This document shows positions 23,286 through 36,598 of a DNA stretch of 64,000 nucleotides, one piece after another (position 1 is the first letter of the stretch; each line of letters begins with the position of its first letter). The translations under genes and the position numbers were made by a program. The notes beneath the pieces are model-generated. The model was not told the origin of the DNA and made no database searches. It saw only the letters and a list, made by a program, of their open reading frames with translations. The DNA is taken from NCBI RefSeq assembly GCF_006345805.1, contig NC_042997.1, forward strand, positions 4,402,001 through 4,466,000. The letters are read 5' to 3'. Source of the stretch: Octopus sinensis. Its lineage: Eukaryota.

Positions 23286-24253
23286 CAGATGTAGGCTTCT
23301 ATCTAGTATGCTCCAAATATTTTCAATTGGGTTCATGTAAGGAGATTGGCTCGGCCACTGAATCTTTTTGATCCCATTTTCAATCAACCATTGTTGATTC
23401 CTTATCGCTGTGTTGCATGGAGCCCCATCTTCCACGAATAAATACTCGTTTTTCGCTATGTTATCGTGGGAGTACATCAGAGTTTATGGTTCCAACACAT
23501 TCGATCAGCTCAGAACGACCACTGCTGGTGACAGCTCCCCATACCATTACTGGAACACCGCCATGTTTCACGGCGAATGGAGTCATTTCAAATCAAATAC
23601 TTGATTGGGAAGCCTCCAGATCCAAACACGTCCACTGTCTGAAAATAATGCAAATCTGAATTCATATGAGAAAATCACTTTATCACCAAATGAACTGGGT
23701 TTTTTCTGACGTTTCCTTAGCCCATTTATTTCTTTTCGTGATATTAGTTGATTGAAGGAGAGGTTTTCTTCCAGCGGTTCGTCCATAATATACAAGCTTA
23801 TGCAGATATGTAACAGACGTTCTTGGACTAACTTCTAGCTGTTTTGCAATGTTTTGCAATTTCAGGTTTGTTTTCCACAATTCTCTTTAAACAGCGAAGC
23901 CTCCTTTCCGAGGGCCTAGGTCGGCAGGGACGAGAATCTGTTTATTACTTGGCTATTGAACTGCACTATAATTCTGTTAACAGGAGCAAGAGGAATTTGG
24001 AGATTTTTGGCAATTTTTCGCTGGCCAAGTCCAGCCTCAGATTGCCCTACAAACGACCTCTTTGCAAATCTGACAGTTCTGCTGAATTTTTTGTGCGGGG
24101 CATGGTTACTTTTTGCAAAGGATTAATATAATAGCACCTGGAAGGAAAAAGAATAATTACATTGTAAATTCTACACCGCTGAAAATATATTCAGACGCTT
24201 AGATCTGAAATTTTGATAATTGAAGATGTCTATTTACTTCCTGCATATCTGTG
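23286..24253 (-). mobile_element. Tc1-like transposon, decayed and 3'-truncated
   Basis: ATG at 24103 (MPRTKNSAELSDLQRGR, paired-like HTH), VIFSYEFRF (VIFSDESRF), EDGAPC (QDGAP.H), WPSQSPYMNPIENIW (WP.QSPDLNPIE); terminus TA|CAC at ~24253. Confidence 0.85.
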
Positions 24254-24272
24254 TATATATATATACATATAT

Positions 24273-24353
<81 letters not shown>

Positions 24354-24420
24354 CGTATAAATGTATATATATATATATAATATATATATATATAAATGTA
24401 TATATATATGTGTATAAATG

Positions 24421-24487
<67 letters not shown>

Positions 24488-24532
24488 ATATACGGAGAAA
24501 AAGAGAGACAGAAAGAGAGAAAGGTTATGAGT

Positions 24533-24699
24533 GTGCTGAATGATTTCAATACCAGTCCGCTAGAAATAGATAGTCCTTGGATTTCACAAATCCTCGCTTT
24601 CTGTGTTCCTCGCTTACAACTTACTGTAGTAATAATCTAAGTAGTTCATGGAAACCAGGGGTCTATTTCTAGCGGACTGGTATTGAAATCATTCAGCAC
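24533..24699. repeat. Perfect 38-bp inverted repeat between (TA)n tracts
   Basis: gtgctgaatgatttcaataccagtccgctagaaataga (24533-24570) vs its reverse complement (24662-24699). Confidence 0.85.
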
Positions 24700-24779
24700 T
24701 CTTTTAATTTAAAGTAACCAATATGGTACTTTTAGTTTGCTGGCCACTGATACATCATTAAATAATGATTTTATCCTAA

Positions 24780-24828
<49 letters not shown>

Positions 24829-24854
24829 ATATATTATATATATCATTTAATTTT

Positions 24855-25069
24855 TTACTCTTTTACCTGTTTCAGTCATTTGACTGCGGCCATGCAGGAG
24901 CACCGCTTTTAGTCGAGAAAATCGACCCCAGGACTTTAGAAGACTATTATTTATTCTGTCGGTCTCTTTTGCCGACCCGCTAAGGTTACGGGGACGTAAA
25001 CACACCACCATCGGTTTCGGACTTCAAGCGATGTTGAGGGGACAAACGCTGACATAGAAACATATACAC

Positions 25070-25158
<89 letters not shown>

Positions 25159-25320
25159 CGGTATCCTTTCAGGTTCCGTCTACCAATTCCGCTCAAAAGG
25201 CTTTGATCGGCCCGAGGCTATAGTAGAAGACACATGCCCAAGGTGTCACGCAGTGGGAATGAACTCCGATCCATGTGGTAGGTAAGCTAGTTACTCACCA
25301 CACAGTCACTCCTGCACCTA
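24855..25320 (-). mobile_element. tRNA-derived SINE with internal microsatellite and LINE-like 3' tail
   Basis: Minus strand head AGGTGCAGGAGTGACTGTGTGGT...GGAGTTCATTCCCACTGCGTGACACCTTGGGCA, central TA/TG tract, tail GCGGTGCTCCTGCATGGCCGCAGTC...GAAACAGGTAAAAGAGTA. Confidence 0.8.
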
Positions 25321-26785
25321 TATATAGAAAAGATTTCATGGAAATTATTTGTACACAAATCAAATCCATGTATTCCTCCGATTGTAACATTTTTCTGCGT
25401 CATTTTCTAGGATACACACTGGTATTTACAAGAGGAAATTTCATATAGCCAGCTCATTTATCACTGCCATAATCTACATTTCCCTATTTTCATCATTTTA
25501 TTTCATGTCTCAGAAATGTGGTAAATCATTAGTAATTAAAGACAGTTTCAGTTTACATTTGCATATGTTGATAGAGTTATGAAGGTGATTTATAGTCGAT
25601 CAAATGTAATTGATGGACTTATCAACATATTAGATCAATATAGATTTGAATGAACTATATTATTTCAATGATATTTCTCCAAGATTTTGAATATCTTAAA
25701 TGTGACATTGAACGATGTACTGGTCTGTTTCTTGGATCAATCAACTACTTTAGAGTAGCTTTGTATCTGAATAATGGGAATATAAAGATTAACTATATAT
25801 TCATTATATAGAAATATTTATGATGTACCTAGACTTAGTGATGTAAAGTTACAGTCAGAAATATTCACAAAGACACAGACACTCACACACACATGTATGT
25901 ATAAAATGAAGAATGAAACTTTCATATATGTATACCTTCTCTTCTCTTACGTGTCGGAGTGTGCTCACGGGCGTGCATGTGTGCGTATGCATGCGCATGT
26001 GTTTGTGAGTGTGTGCATGCGCACGTGTGTATGTGTATGTGTGTGTACATTATCATCGTTACATCCTGCAATATTTTTGCACTTCTGGGCATAGAATATT
26101 TTATTTTCTTGTGTAAATGAGTTCTAAACTATTCTATTCTCGTGACAATTTAGACTGGAAAGAAAAGGCTAGCTTACTTCGTTTTATATACCAGAATAAC
26201 TTAGGAAATTAACTCTCCAATTTAAGCAGATCTGCTTCGTGGTTTACATTTATAATACTGTTTTTCATTAATTCAATTCCTGTAGCAAACTAATATTATG
26301 ATTGTATACATAAAGTTTACGATCCAATAATCAGTTGTATACACCAAATGTAATATATTTTAATTCTTTCTCCCAAGTAACTTTTTTGTTTTAAACACTT
26401 ACGTATTATCATATTATGTTCAATATATTATCTCACACGTTAATGCATGTGCCTGCGCTCAAAGGTAAGGACATGCGGTTCTTTGTATGGACTTTAAAAT
26501 TTGTTACAGACTTCATACTTTCAATATAATTTCTGATATATCTTTATGTTTATTAAAATATTAACCTTGATCATATTATGTTTTCATAATGTTATAAATA
26601 TTCACCATCACTGTTAAGAAATTCTTGATTATATAATTATTGTTATTATAAATTTACATTACCTCAATCGAATCTTAATAGACACTAAATGTGTCCAACA
26701 TTCGCAGACACTTACAAAAGAATTTTCGTATAGAGTTGGAAATAACAAATTTTGAGCGAGTAGCTGTGAAGAAGAAGTTTCCTAT

Positions 26786-29310
26786 GATTTTGATTTTGAT
26801 TTTTGATTTTTCCAGTTTCGGCTAATGAGCTGTGGCCATGCTGGGGCACCGCCATTTGGTTTGCTACACGATTTACCTCACGGATGCTTTTTAGCAAATG
26901 CCATCTGATGCATGAGAGAGTTCGATGCAGCTGCCCTCATCTGCACCTACTGCCGTGAAGTTGGTTCATCCGGGACACCTGACAGAAAGAGGTCCAGTCC
27001 TACTTTAAAGACATCCGCATCTACACCATGCAGGTCCCTCAGGTTCTTTGGGAGGATATTGAAGAGCTGTGGGCCTCTGAAGCCCAGGCTATCACAATAT
27101 CTTGTCCTACATCTTGATGGCAAATTTTGAGTCCTTGGTACTACGCAGTGGCGCCCGGTTCTGGCATTTGTGTGACTCGCGATGCCAAAGTTTGGGACAA
27201 GTCCTTCCAGGATCTTCCAGATATATATTATGGCATATCTTTCTCGCCTACGCTCCAGGGAATAGAGCTTTAATCTCTTGAGTCTTTCCCAGTAGCTCAT
27301 ATGCTGCACAGAGGCTATCTTCTTCGTGTAGCTTCGTTGGATCGCCTCAAGTTCTGTGATCAACTTGACACTGGATGGTGACCATAGCTGAGAGCAATAG
27401 TCAAAGTGGCTTAGGACAATTGACTTCCAGAGGACCATCATGGTTTCTTGTTCTCTTGTTCTAAAGGTTCTAAGAATCCATCCAGCCAGCCGTCTACATT
27501 TCCTTGCCAGTCGAGCAACATGTACATGAAAGGTCGCGTCATCACTCATGTGAATACCCAAGTCACGCACTGATTGTGCCTCTGGGATTGCAATCCCAGT
27601 GTATTCATTGGGTATTGCATTCAGTTTTGCATGCTGATAGTATAAAGCCTGAAACTTTTCAGCATTGAACTGCATGCTATTCTGTTCAGCCCACTTGTAT
27701 ACTTCGTCCAGCTCACATTGCAGGTGCTTAGTGTCTTCAGGGTTCTGTATTGCCTGTGAGACTTTTGTATCATCTGCATAACTTGTGATCGTGGCTCTCT
27801 GCGTGGCTGAGGGCATGTCTGAGAGGGCCATTATGAACAGTAGTGGTCCCAAAACAGTGCCCTGCGGAACACCGCTCACTATTTGCGTGTTAATGGAAGT
27901 GGCCCCATTGGCTGTTACCACCTGACTTCTATTCTTCAGAAAGTCATGAAGCCACTCTCCCAATTTTCCAACTATGCCAAGATCACGCAGTTTGTGACAT
28001 ATCATTCCATGATCGACTTTATCAAAGGCCTTTGCAAAGTCGAGATATATGACTTTCACATTTGCGTGGTTGAGCAGTTGTTTCAGCACCCAGTCATAGT
28101 GTTGTAGGAGCTGAGTTAAGCAGCTTCTTCCTGGTCGGAAACCATGTTGGGTGTCAGGCAGCAAGTCATTTTCTTCAAGGAAGGTGATTAGTTTCCTTCT
28201 GACTATTCGTTCCATGACCTTGCTGATGTGTGAGGTTAGGGAGATAGGTATGTAGTTCTTGTCCTCCGCTGTGCTACCTCCTTTATGAATAGGGCATATT
28301 TTACCTTCCTTCAGTTTACTTGGAAGTTTGCCAGTTGCAAGGAAGCTCTGAAAGAGAGACCGCAGTGGCCTTGCTAGGACCCTCTTACATACTTTTAGAA
28401 GGATTGCTGGGAATCCATCGGGGCCAGTGGCTGAGTTTGTTTCCATCTCATCTATAGCCTTTATTACATCCTCTTCCTTTATATTGATGTAATCAATCAT
28501 CGCCGCCTCTGACCCCATATCTGCAGTGGAGAAGAAGTCAGTTGGATTGCTGATTTGGAAATGCCCAAGGGGTGGGGTGAAAACACTCTTGAATTGCTCA
28601 TTTAGTATTTCACTTACCCTCATTGGATTTCCTGTGAGTGTGCCATCCCTTTCAAGGAGTGGCCTTATCCTACAGTACACCGTAGCTGTTTCTTTGGCAT
28701 ACCTGTAGAAAGCTCTGGGGTTAGATTTTATGTTGTCTATAGCCCAGGCTTCTTTGTCTGCTCTTTCCTTTTCATGGGAGAGTTGCAGACAGTTTTCAAT
28801 TTCCAATAGTTTCATTTTCAGGTGGGACTTTTCACTGCTTTCAATTTGTTTGTTTAGGCGATTTGAGATTTTTGTGCGCCGTCTCATTAGAATTTTCCTC
28901 TCTCTGGGGATTGTGTTCTTGTGTATAGTGGCCTTTCTCTCTGGGACACATTTGTAGCATATGGCTTGCATTACAGACATGAATTGTTGAAGTTTCATGT
29001 CGATGTCCGGCGAGGAGAGACATTCAGGCCAGTTTTGTTTGAGGATCTCTTTCTCAATTTGTTTCCAGTTTGCCTTATTGAAGTTCAAGCTGGAAAGATT
29101 CTGAGAGTTTCTTGTAGGCTGCATGTCCATTGTTTCCTTTGGCCCGTACCTGGTCAGCTCTACTATGCTGTGATCCGAGAGTAGTGACGGCGTCACTTTC
29201 ACATTATGGATGAGATCCATATTATTTGTGAAGCAGAGATCCAGTGTGTTACCTGCCCTGGTTGGTTGGAGTATTACTTGCTCCATGTACAGGGTGTTGA
29301 TGAGGTTCAT
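26786..29310 (-). mobile_element. CR1/L2-group LINE, 5'-truncated, with intact 3' end
   Basis: Long RT ORF, short 3' UTR ending GGCGGTGCCCCAGCATGGCCACAG...GAAACTGG and an (AAAATC)n tail at 26786-26810. Confidence 0.9.
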
Positions 29311-29349
29311 ATCAGAATACATTTCATAGGTTCTTTTTAAGCTACACAT
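26947..29349 (-). CDS. LINE ORF2 (C-terminal part of APE endonuclease + reverse transcriptase)
   Basis: PTRAGNTLDLCFTN...SDH (APE end), ATGPDG, PIHKGG, PISLTS, QHGFRPGRSC, YLDFAKAFDKV, SGVPQGTVLGPLLF, YADD; uninterrupted for 800 codons; the first ~15 codons are probably flanking DNA. Confidence 0.93.
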   Translation of the reverse strand: MCSLKRTYEMYSDMNLINTLYMEQVILQPTRAGNTLDLCFTNNMDLIHNVKVTPSLLSDHSIVELTRYGPKETMDMQPTRNSQNLSSLNFNKANWKQIEKEILKQNWPECLSSPDIDMKLQQFMSVMQAICYKCVPERKATIHKNTIPRERKILMRRRTKISNRLNKQIESSEKSHLKMKLLEIENCLQLSHEKERADKEAWAIDNIKSNPRAFYRYAKETATVYCRIRPLLERDGTLTGNPMRVSEILNEQFKSVFTPPLGHFQISNPTDFFSTADMGSEAAMIDYINIKEEDVIKAIDEMETNSATGPDGFPAILLKVCKRVLARPLRSLFQSFLATGKLPSKLKEGKICPIHKGGSTAEDKNYIPISLTSHISKVMERIVRRKLITFLEENDLLPDTQHGFRPGRSCLTQLLQHYDWVLKQLLNHANVKVIYLDFAKAFDKVDHGMICHKLRDLGIVGKLGEWLHDFLKNRSQVVTANGATSINTQIVSGVPQGTVLGPLLFIMALSDMPSATQRATITSYADDTKVSQAIQNPEDTKHLQCELDEVYKWAEQNSMQFNAEKFQALYYQHAKLNAIPNEYTGIAIPEAQSVRDLGIHMSDDATFHVHVARLARKCRRLAGWILRTFRTREQETMMVLWKSIVLSHFDYCSQLWSPSSVKLITELEAIQRSYTKKIASVQHMSYWERLKRLKLYSLERRRERYAIIYIWKILEGLVPNFGIASHTNARTGRHCVVPRTQNLPSRCRTRYCDSLGFRGPQLFNILPKNLRDLHGVDADVFKVGLDLFLSGVPDEPTSRQ

Positions 29350-29494
29350 AAAAAAAGATATTCTGTTAAATTAATAATATCGACCCATTTCAACAAATTT
29401 GAATCCTTTAAAGATGGCTTCATTTGGGATTGACTTTTGCCCTAGATCTCTATGAATTTGTTTTATTAAATAATGAAGGACATTTCTACCTAAT

Positions 29495-29581
29495 ATGCAT
29501 ATATATTTGCATATATATGTATATATATATATATACATACATACATACATGTATATATACATATATATGTATATATACATG

Positions 29582-29612
<31 letters not shown>

Positions 29613-29912
29613 GCATATATATGTATATATATAATATATATATATATAATATATACATACATGCATATGTATATACATATATATGTATATACATATATAT
29701 AATATATATATACATATATATGTACATATATATACATATATATATATATATAATATATATACATATATATATATACATACATACATATATATGTAATATA
29801 TATATATATATTTATATATATATATATATATATATATACATACATATATATATATATATGTATATGTATATATATATACATATATATATATATATTATAT
29901 ATATATATATAT
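29495..29912. repeat. Degenerate (TA)n microsatellite
   Basis: Direct inspection. Confidence 0.95.
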
Positions 29913-30009
29913 AATTTCAACAATTGAGGGTAAAATTAATTAATTAATCAATTTCACCAAGTATTCAGTATGCAAAGGGACCATTTAAGGCGAATTCAAA
30001 TTATTACTT

Positions 30010-30378
30010 TATATAAAAGGGCTTAGTAAAATAAATTACTTCGCCGCATACTGAACTCATTAGAAATAGCAGCTAAAAAACTTTTTTAAAACGGGTATGC
30101 TCCCACTTTCAGTGTTTTCAAATCCAAACCAGGGAGTTCTGAGCTGATGATAGAAATGTCGTGTTGACTAATCTTGAAACGTACGTTCTCAAATAACCTT
30201 TGCACTTGATTTTTTAATGTCTCTACCCCCATATTTGCGTGAGTTGAATTGAGCAAACACTATATGAGAGAGGTTTTCTTTAAGTATTAGAAATAGTTTT
30301 AAAAAAGTTTTTTAGCTGCTATTTCTAATGAGTTCAGTATGCGGCAAAGTAATTTATTTTACTAAGCCCTTTTATATA
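30010..30378. mobile_element. Fold-back element with 83-bp inverted arms between (TA)n tracts, hammerhead in the spacer
   Basis: 30010-30092 is the near-perfect reverse complement of 30296-30378. Confidence 0.8.
30140..30191 (+). ncRNA. Type-I hammerhead ribozyme motif
   Basis: TGAG-CTGATGA-[TAGAAATGTCGTGTTGACTAATCTT]-GAAA-CGTACG-TT-CTCA: intact core, helix I TGAG/CTCA, palindromic ACGTACGT; helix II imperfect (AGA/TCT, GTC/GAC). Confidence 0.65.
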
Positions 30379-30379
30379 A

Positions 30380-30414
<35 letters not shown>

Positions 30415-30459
30415 GTATATATATATATGTATTTATGTATACATACACATACAAAATTA

Positions 30460-30740
30460 ATGTAACTCCACACAGAATTATTGCTGCCTCTTATGCCCTG
30501 TAAGGTGTTACCAAAAGCTTCCATTGCATCTCTATGTGATATGATGTATTCATCCCACTTGATCAGGTGGCATTGTCGCAAACTGAACCGTTACTTATGG
30601 CGGTTGCCAAGCCAGACGATGCTAGAGCAACTTCAAATCTCTTTGTTGCCCTACCTTGGAGAGAATTAAAGTTGTTATACATGCTTTACCTGTGCCACCA
30701 AGAGCAAAAAGAAATAAATTTCCTCCGCATTTTCCTCTGA
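30460..30740 (-). pseudogene. Helitron Pif1-family helicase fragment
   Basis: Minus strand: FALGGTGK (Walker A, cf. APGGTGKT), ALASSGLAT (cf. AVASSGIAA), LIKWDE...HRDAMEAFGNTLQGIR (Walker B, cf. IIWDE...H..A.EALD.TL.DIR); internal deletion and frameshifts. Confidence 0.75.
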
Positions 30741-32507
30741 CTAACGACATAATCATCGTATGTAACGATGAAATAATAACACTTCTCATTTATTCAAAGT
30801 TACTGATGTAAATATTCAAATTAGCTGCAAATAATGTTCCTTCTTTATGTATTTTAACGAATGGAGAACCCAATAGAGAAACGGATACTTTCATCTACGA
30901 TAATTACTATAAGCGATATTGTTTCTTAGATAAAGAGATAATAAACCATAAGTATAAATAATATCGAAAGTTTACAAGATCTTTCAAAAGTAACTAAATT
31001 AGAAGTTACTGGAATAAAGATTATTCAAATAACTAACAAATAAGTGTCCATATTTACGTAAATTGTCGATAGGATAATTCCGTAAACAAACAAATACAAA
31101 ATCATAGAATATAGACCTACGATAAAGAAAAGCTCTATTATATATTAGATAAAGAGATCAAAAACTATAAATAACCTATTTCAAAATTGTCCTATGTCTA
31201 ACAAAAGTAAAGAAATTAGTGTTGCAATAAGAATAAAGATATACATTTTCAATATCATAAAAACTTTATTAAAATTATTAAGTTAAATTTGTATTACAAA
31301 TATTCAAAAATATATGATGGTATATGATATTTGTTGTCATCTACTTATTCATACTTACACAGACAATTTCTAGAATAAATATGAAATTACTTAGCTTGAA
31401 GTTACAAAATTATACATTTATAAAGAAAATGCAAAAAAAAAAAAAATTAAAACAACAGAAATACGTACATAGAAATATATGCTTTTGATCACAATATGGT
31501 ATTATGTAAAATTATTCATATTTCATTATTATCATTATTGTTATTAAGATTAACTAATAGATCAAATGAACGTATTCATAAAGAATAATCATTTAGTATA
31601 TGAAGATAACTAATTTGCAATATATAATTGATGGTTCACTATGAATAAAATTCTGTATTTTACAGTAAATATGAATATTTTCACATTAACTAAAACAAGT
31701 AGTATGATTGAATCCGCTGAAAATTTTTTTTTTTTTTTAAATATCCACCGTATTTTATAACTTAAAATAACAAAACTTAAGTTTGAATACAGAAACGTAT
31801 GAACGATTCAGTATAAAATTGAAAAGAAAATAAAGATACAAAGTCAACAAAGAAAAAAATATTTTCCTCAGGCGATAACATTCAGTTAGAATAATGAACT
31901 TATAAACGGTTCTTCATAACATTCATTGAAAAAATAAATAAATAAATTAATTAATAATTTGGCGAAGGTAATATCATTAGGTATATTGATAAATACATTC
32001 ATTAACATATTTAACCATTATGTAATAAACATATGTACAAAATAAATGATCAAATACATGTACATTTACATATACATAAATACATATCTATATATGTTTT
32101 ATACGTAATATATATATAGGAAAATAAATGTATATGTATATATATATATATGTATGTGCATACTTACATTCATGAACATATACCTGCAGATATATATGAA
32201 GAAATATATGCACATACACATGCATACAAACAGATATTCGTATATACACACACATACACACAGACACACAGACACACACACACACACATATATATATATA
32301 TGCATGTATATAAATATGTATATAAATATGTATATATTTCAAATGGCCAGCCTACTCCCACAATGTCACGCTGATTCTCCTTGTAATTATTTCGGGTTCT
32401 TTTACCTCTACTCTCTTGCAAACACGTACCTCGTGTACCCACTAATATAATTAAGAAGTTATATATATATATAAGTATATATATATAAATATATCTGTGT
32501 GTGAATG

Positions 32508-32580
<73 letters not shown>

Positions 32581-32679
32581 ATATATAAATATATATTATA
32601 TATATGTATGTATATAAGTATATATATTATATATATAGTATAAATATGTGCATATATACGTACATATATGTACATACTT

Positions 32680-32764
<85 letters not shown>

Positions 32765-32767
<3 letters not shown>

Positions 32768-34845
32768 GCATTATGTGTTCACGACTTATAAAAACTTTGA
32801 ACATATTGAGAAACGAAAACATAAAAACAAACACATAGGAAACAAACTTTTTTTCGAACAACGAAAAAACCCCAGAGAAACGAGTCATGCAGTATAAAGA
32901 ATATTCCCCTTCATCAGTTGTCTCTATTTCTTCTACTCCACGTACGAAGGCAACGCTAGTACGCGACTTCGTTGAAACAGTCTTTCTCGCAAAGTAAATT
33001 AAAGAAAATTTTGAAATTTTGGTGGAGGGTGAAAGTGGTAACACGAACAGGACAGTGAGAACAAGACAGTAAAAACAAACTGTGAGGGTTGTTAAGTCAA
33101 GACGATATAAAAATTATTATGAACGCCAGGAAAACGAGCTTATGAGAGGAGGCATATATAACCACGTGTTGTCTTTAGGAAGGAAATGGGCAAAAAGATA
33201 GATTCCCATTCGTTACTTGTTAGCGTTGAGTCAAGGAGGAAGTGTGAGAGAAAGGGAACGGTGGAGATGAGTGGAGAAGAAGAAGGAAGGGTGGGAGAGA
33301 AAACCAGAAATGATGAAGGAGAAGAGAGAAAAGAGATAGTAGAGATAGAAGAGTGTGCATCGTAATTATTAACGTAAAACTTACTTGGAAAAGGACGCAT
33401 GGCATTCGAGCATATAATAATTTAAATAATACGTAAATATATGCATATATACATACATATATGTACATAGCTACGTATATTTGTATATATACATGCATAT
33501 ACGGCTACACGATTACAAATAACGTTGAACACAATGAGAAACGAAAATATAAAAACAAACACATAGAAAACGAACTTGTTTTCGAACAACGAAAAAAAAA
33601 ACAGAGAAACGAGTCATGCAGTATGAAGAATATTCCCCTTCATCAGTTGTCTTTATTTATTCTACTCCGCGTAGGAATGCAACGATAGTACGCGACTTCG
33701 TTGAAACAATCTTTCCCGCAAAGCAAATTAAAGAAAATTTGGAATTTTTTGTGGAGGGTTAAATTGGTAACTCGAACAGGACAGTGAGAACAAGACAGTA
33801 AAAACAAACTGTGAGTGTTGTTAAGTCAAGACGATAGAAAAATTATTATGAACACCAGGAAAACGAGCTTATGAGAGGAGGCAGATATAACCACGTGTTG
33901 TCTTTAGGAAAGAAATGGGCAAAAATATAGATTCCCATTCGTTACTTGTCAGCGTGGAGTCGAGGAGGAAGTGTGAGAGAAAGGGAACGGTGAAGATGAG
34001 TGGAGGAGAAGAAGGAAGGGTGGGAGAGAAAACCAGAAATGATGAAGGAGAAGAGAGACAAGAGATAGTAGAGATAGAAGAGTGTGCATCGTAATTATTA
34101 ACGTAAAACTTACTTGGAAAACGACGCATGGCATTCCAGCATATAATAATTTAAATAATATATAAATATATGCATATATACATACATATATGTACATAGC
34201 TACATATATTTGTATATATACATGCATATACGGCTACGCAACATCAAATAACGTTGAACACAATGAGAAACAAAAATATAAAAACAAACACATAGAAAAC
34301 GAACTTTTTTTCGAACAAAGAAACAAAAACAGAGAAACGAGACATGCAACATTAAGAATATTCCCTTTCATCAGTTGTATGTATTTCATTTACTCCTCGT
34401 ACGAGGGCAAGAATAATACGCGACTTCGTTGAAACAGTCTTTCCCGCAAAGGAAATTAAACAAAATTTGGGATTTTTTTGCGGGGAGTGAAGGTGGTAAC
34501 AAGAACAGGATTGTGAGAACAAGACAGTAGAAACAAACGATAAATGTTGTTAAGCCAAGACGATAGAAAAAATTACGATAAAACTTATTGGAAAAGGATG
34601 CGTGGCGTTCGATCATATAATAATATAACTAATAGATAAATATAAGCATATATGCATACACGTATGTACATACCTACATATATATGCATATATACATGCA
34701 TATATTGGTACAGAACATCAAAGAAACGTTCAACACAATGAGAAACGAAAGCATAAAAATAAAAACATAGAAAACGAGCTCTTTTTCGAACAAAAAAGAA
34801 ATAAACAGAGAAACGAGACATGCAACTCTAAGAATATTCTCATTC
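32765..34845. repeat. Diverged tandem array of a ~729-bp unit (2 full units, 1 internally deleted, 1 partial)
   Basis: Anchor tgagaaac(g/a)aaa recurs at ~32807, ~33535, ~34264 and ~34739 (spacings ~729, ~729, ~475). Confidence 0.9.
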
Positions 34846-35470
34846 TTAATTTTCTCTCACTTATACGTAACTCACTCAATATGAATAGGAAAGTACATAT
34901 ACAAATGAAAATGGGTCAAAATATTTCCTATCATTCTAGCTTTCAACTTTAAAAATAAAACGTCTTCATTATTTCGTCAGTGGAAAAAAGACATGTCTCG
35001 TAGCGACAAAATTCACAAACATGTCATACAGTCATCGCAGATATGACTCTCTTTTAGATATATCTCTGCTTTGAATGAATACATTCGAACACTTTATAAG
35101 CAGAATCGTAGTTGATTATTTATAGAAATATAGCTGCTTCACCAGCGCATAAATCAATGAAGGTTTTTGTTTAAAATTTCAGCATATCAAAACACACTTC
35201 AGTTGAGTATGTTTATAGGAATCCAGAAGTAAATATGTTACAGCTTCATAAAAAAATAAGTTTTGAAACCATCTAGAAAAAGGATCATGGCATATCTGAA
35301 AAGGTTGTGAAATCAGTAATAACATTAAGCAGCTAATTATGTTATTTCTTTATAAGCTAAACACAAACAGCCAAGGAACCAGAACCGTAAGAGAAATTTT
35401 GGAGCATTGCATTACCATAAAAACATATCTTGTTTTCTCATGGTTACAATCTAAATAAAAATATGTGAAC

Positions 35471-35540
<70 letters not shown>

Positions 35541-36315
35541 AGATATAAATATGTGAACACAACAATATTCAGTATATATATAAATATATAATTTTATAAA
35601 ATGTCTTTGTGATGCTGTTTATTTCAAACGACTTTTTACAGAATACATGTTTTCCAACTAATATTTAACATAGTGTAGATATTAATATACTTCATTTCAA
35701 ATACAGTATTAGTGTATGAGATTAGGCACCAAATAATTTGTTGCATACTCCGCTACTAAATTTATAATTATTCTGTTCTGAATGACTGTAGTATTAGTAT
35801 TGTTTCATAGAATACTGTCTCTGCTAACACAAAGGTTTCAGCTAACAAAGGGACATGTGAATGCATATGGTAGTGTCCAAGGTAGTAGATAAATGGAGTT
35901 GTCTGTGTGAAATATTGGTAAAGATAAACACATGGAATAAAAAATATATCAATTCGTACAAGACTCGATAATCTATAAAGATTGTCAGAGAGCTTTTATG
36001 AAGGACATTTTCAAGTTGGAACATCAACAATCAATTTACCATTCGCATGAGAAGGAATCTAATGTAGCCAAGTATCTACCCCACCAAAAAATTTTAAAAA
36101 TGGAAATAATAATTTCCAATATGCATAGACATATGAAGGCAAAATTAACTCATATAGTTACATAACTAAATTAGAAATCAATTTTAACGAAATAAGACAC
36201 GGAAAATCAACAGATAATACGTTGATATTCATACGCAGGTATACAAACATCCATACGTATCTACCAGACGTCTTCCTATCTCCTCCCCTCTTTCTCTCAC
36301 ATCCTCTCTCTCTCC

Positions 36316-36361
<46 letters not shown>

Positions 36362-36502
36362 GCGTGTAGACACGCATATATGTTATATATATATATATAT
36401 ATGTGTGTGTGTAGACATATATATTTACATATACATATATATATTTATATATATACATACATACATTTATATATATATATACACACACACATATATATAT
36501 AT

Positions 36503-36541
<39 letters not shown>

Positions 36542-36549
36542 ATATATAT

Positions 36550-36598
<49 letters not shown>

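Noticed and set aside
32905-32985. CTGATGA and GAAAC motifs in the 729-bp repeat as a hammerhead
   Set aside because: The two half-motifs lie on opposite strands and no helices connect them.
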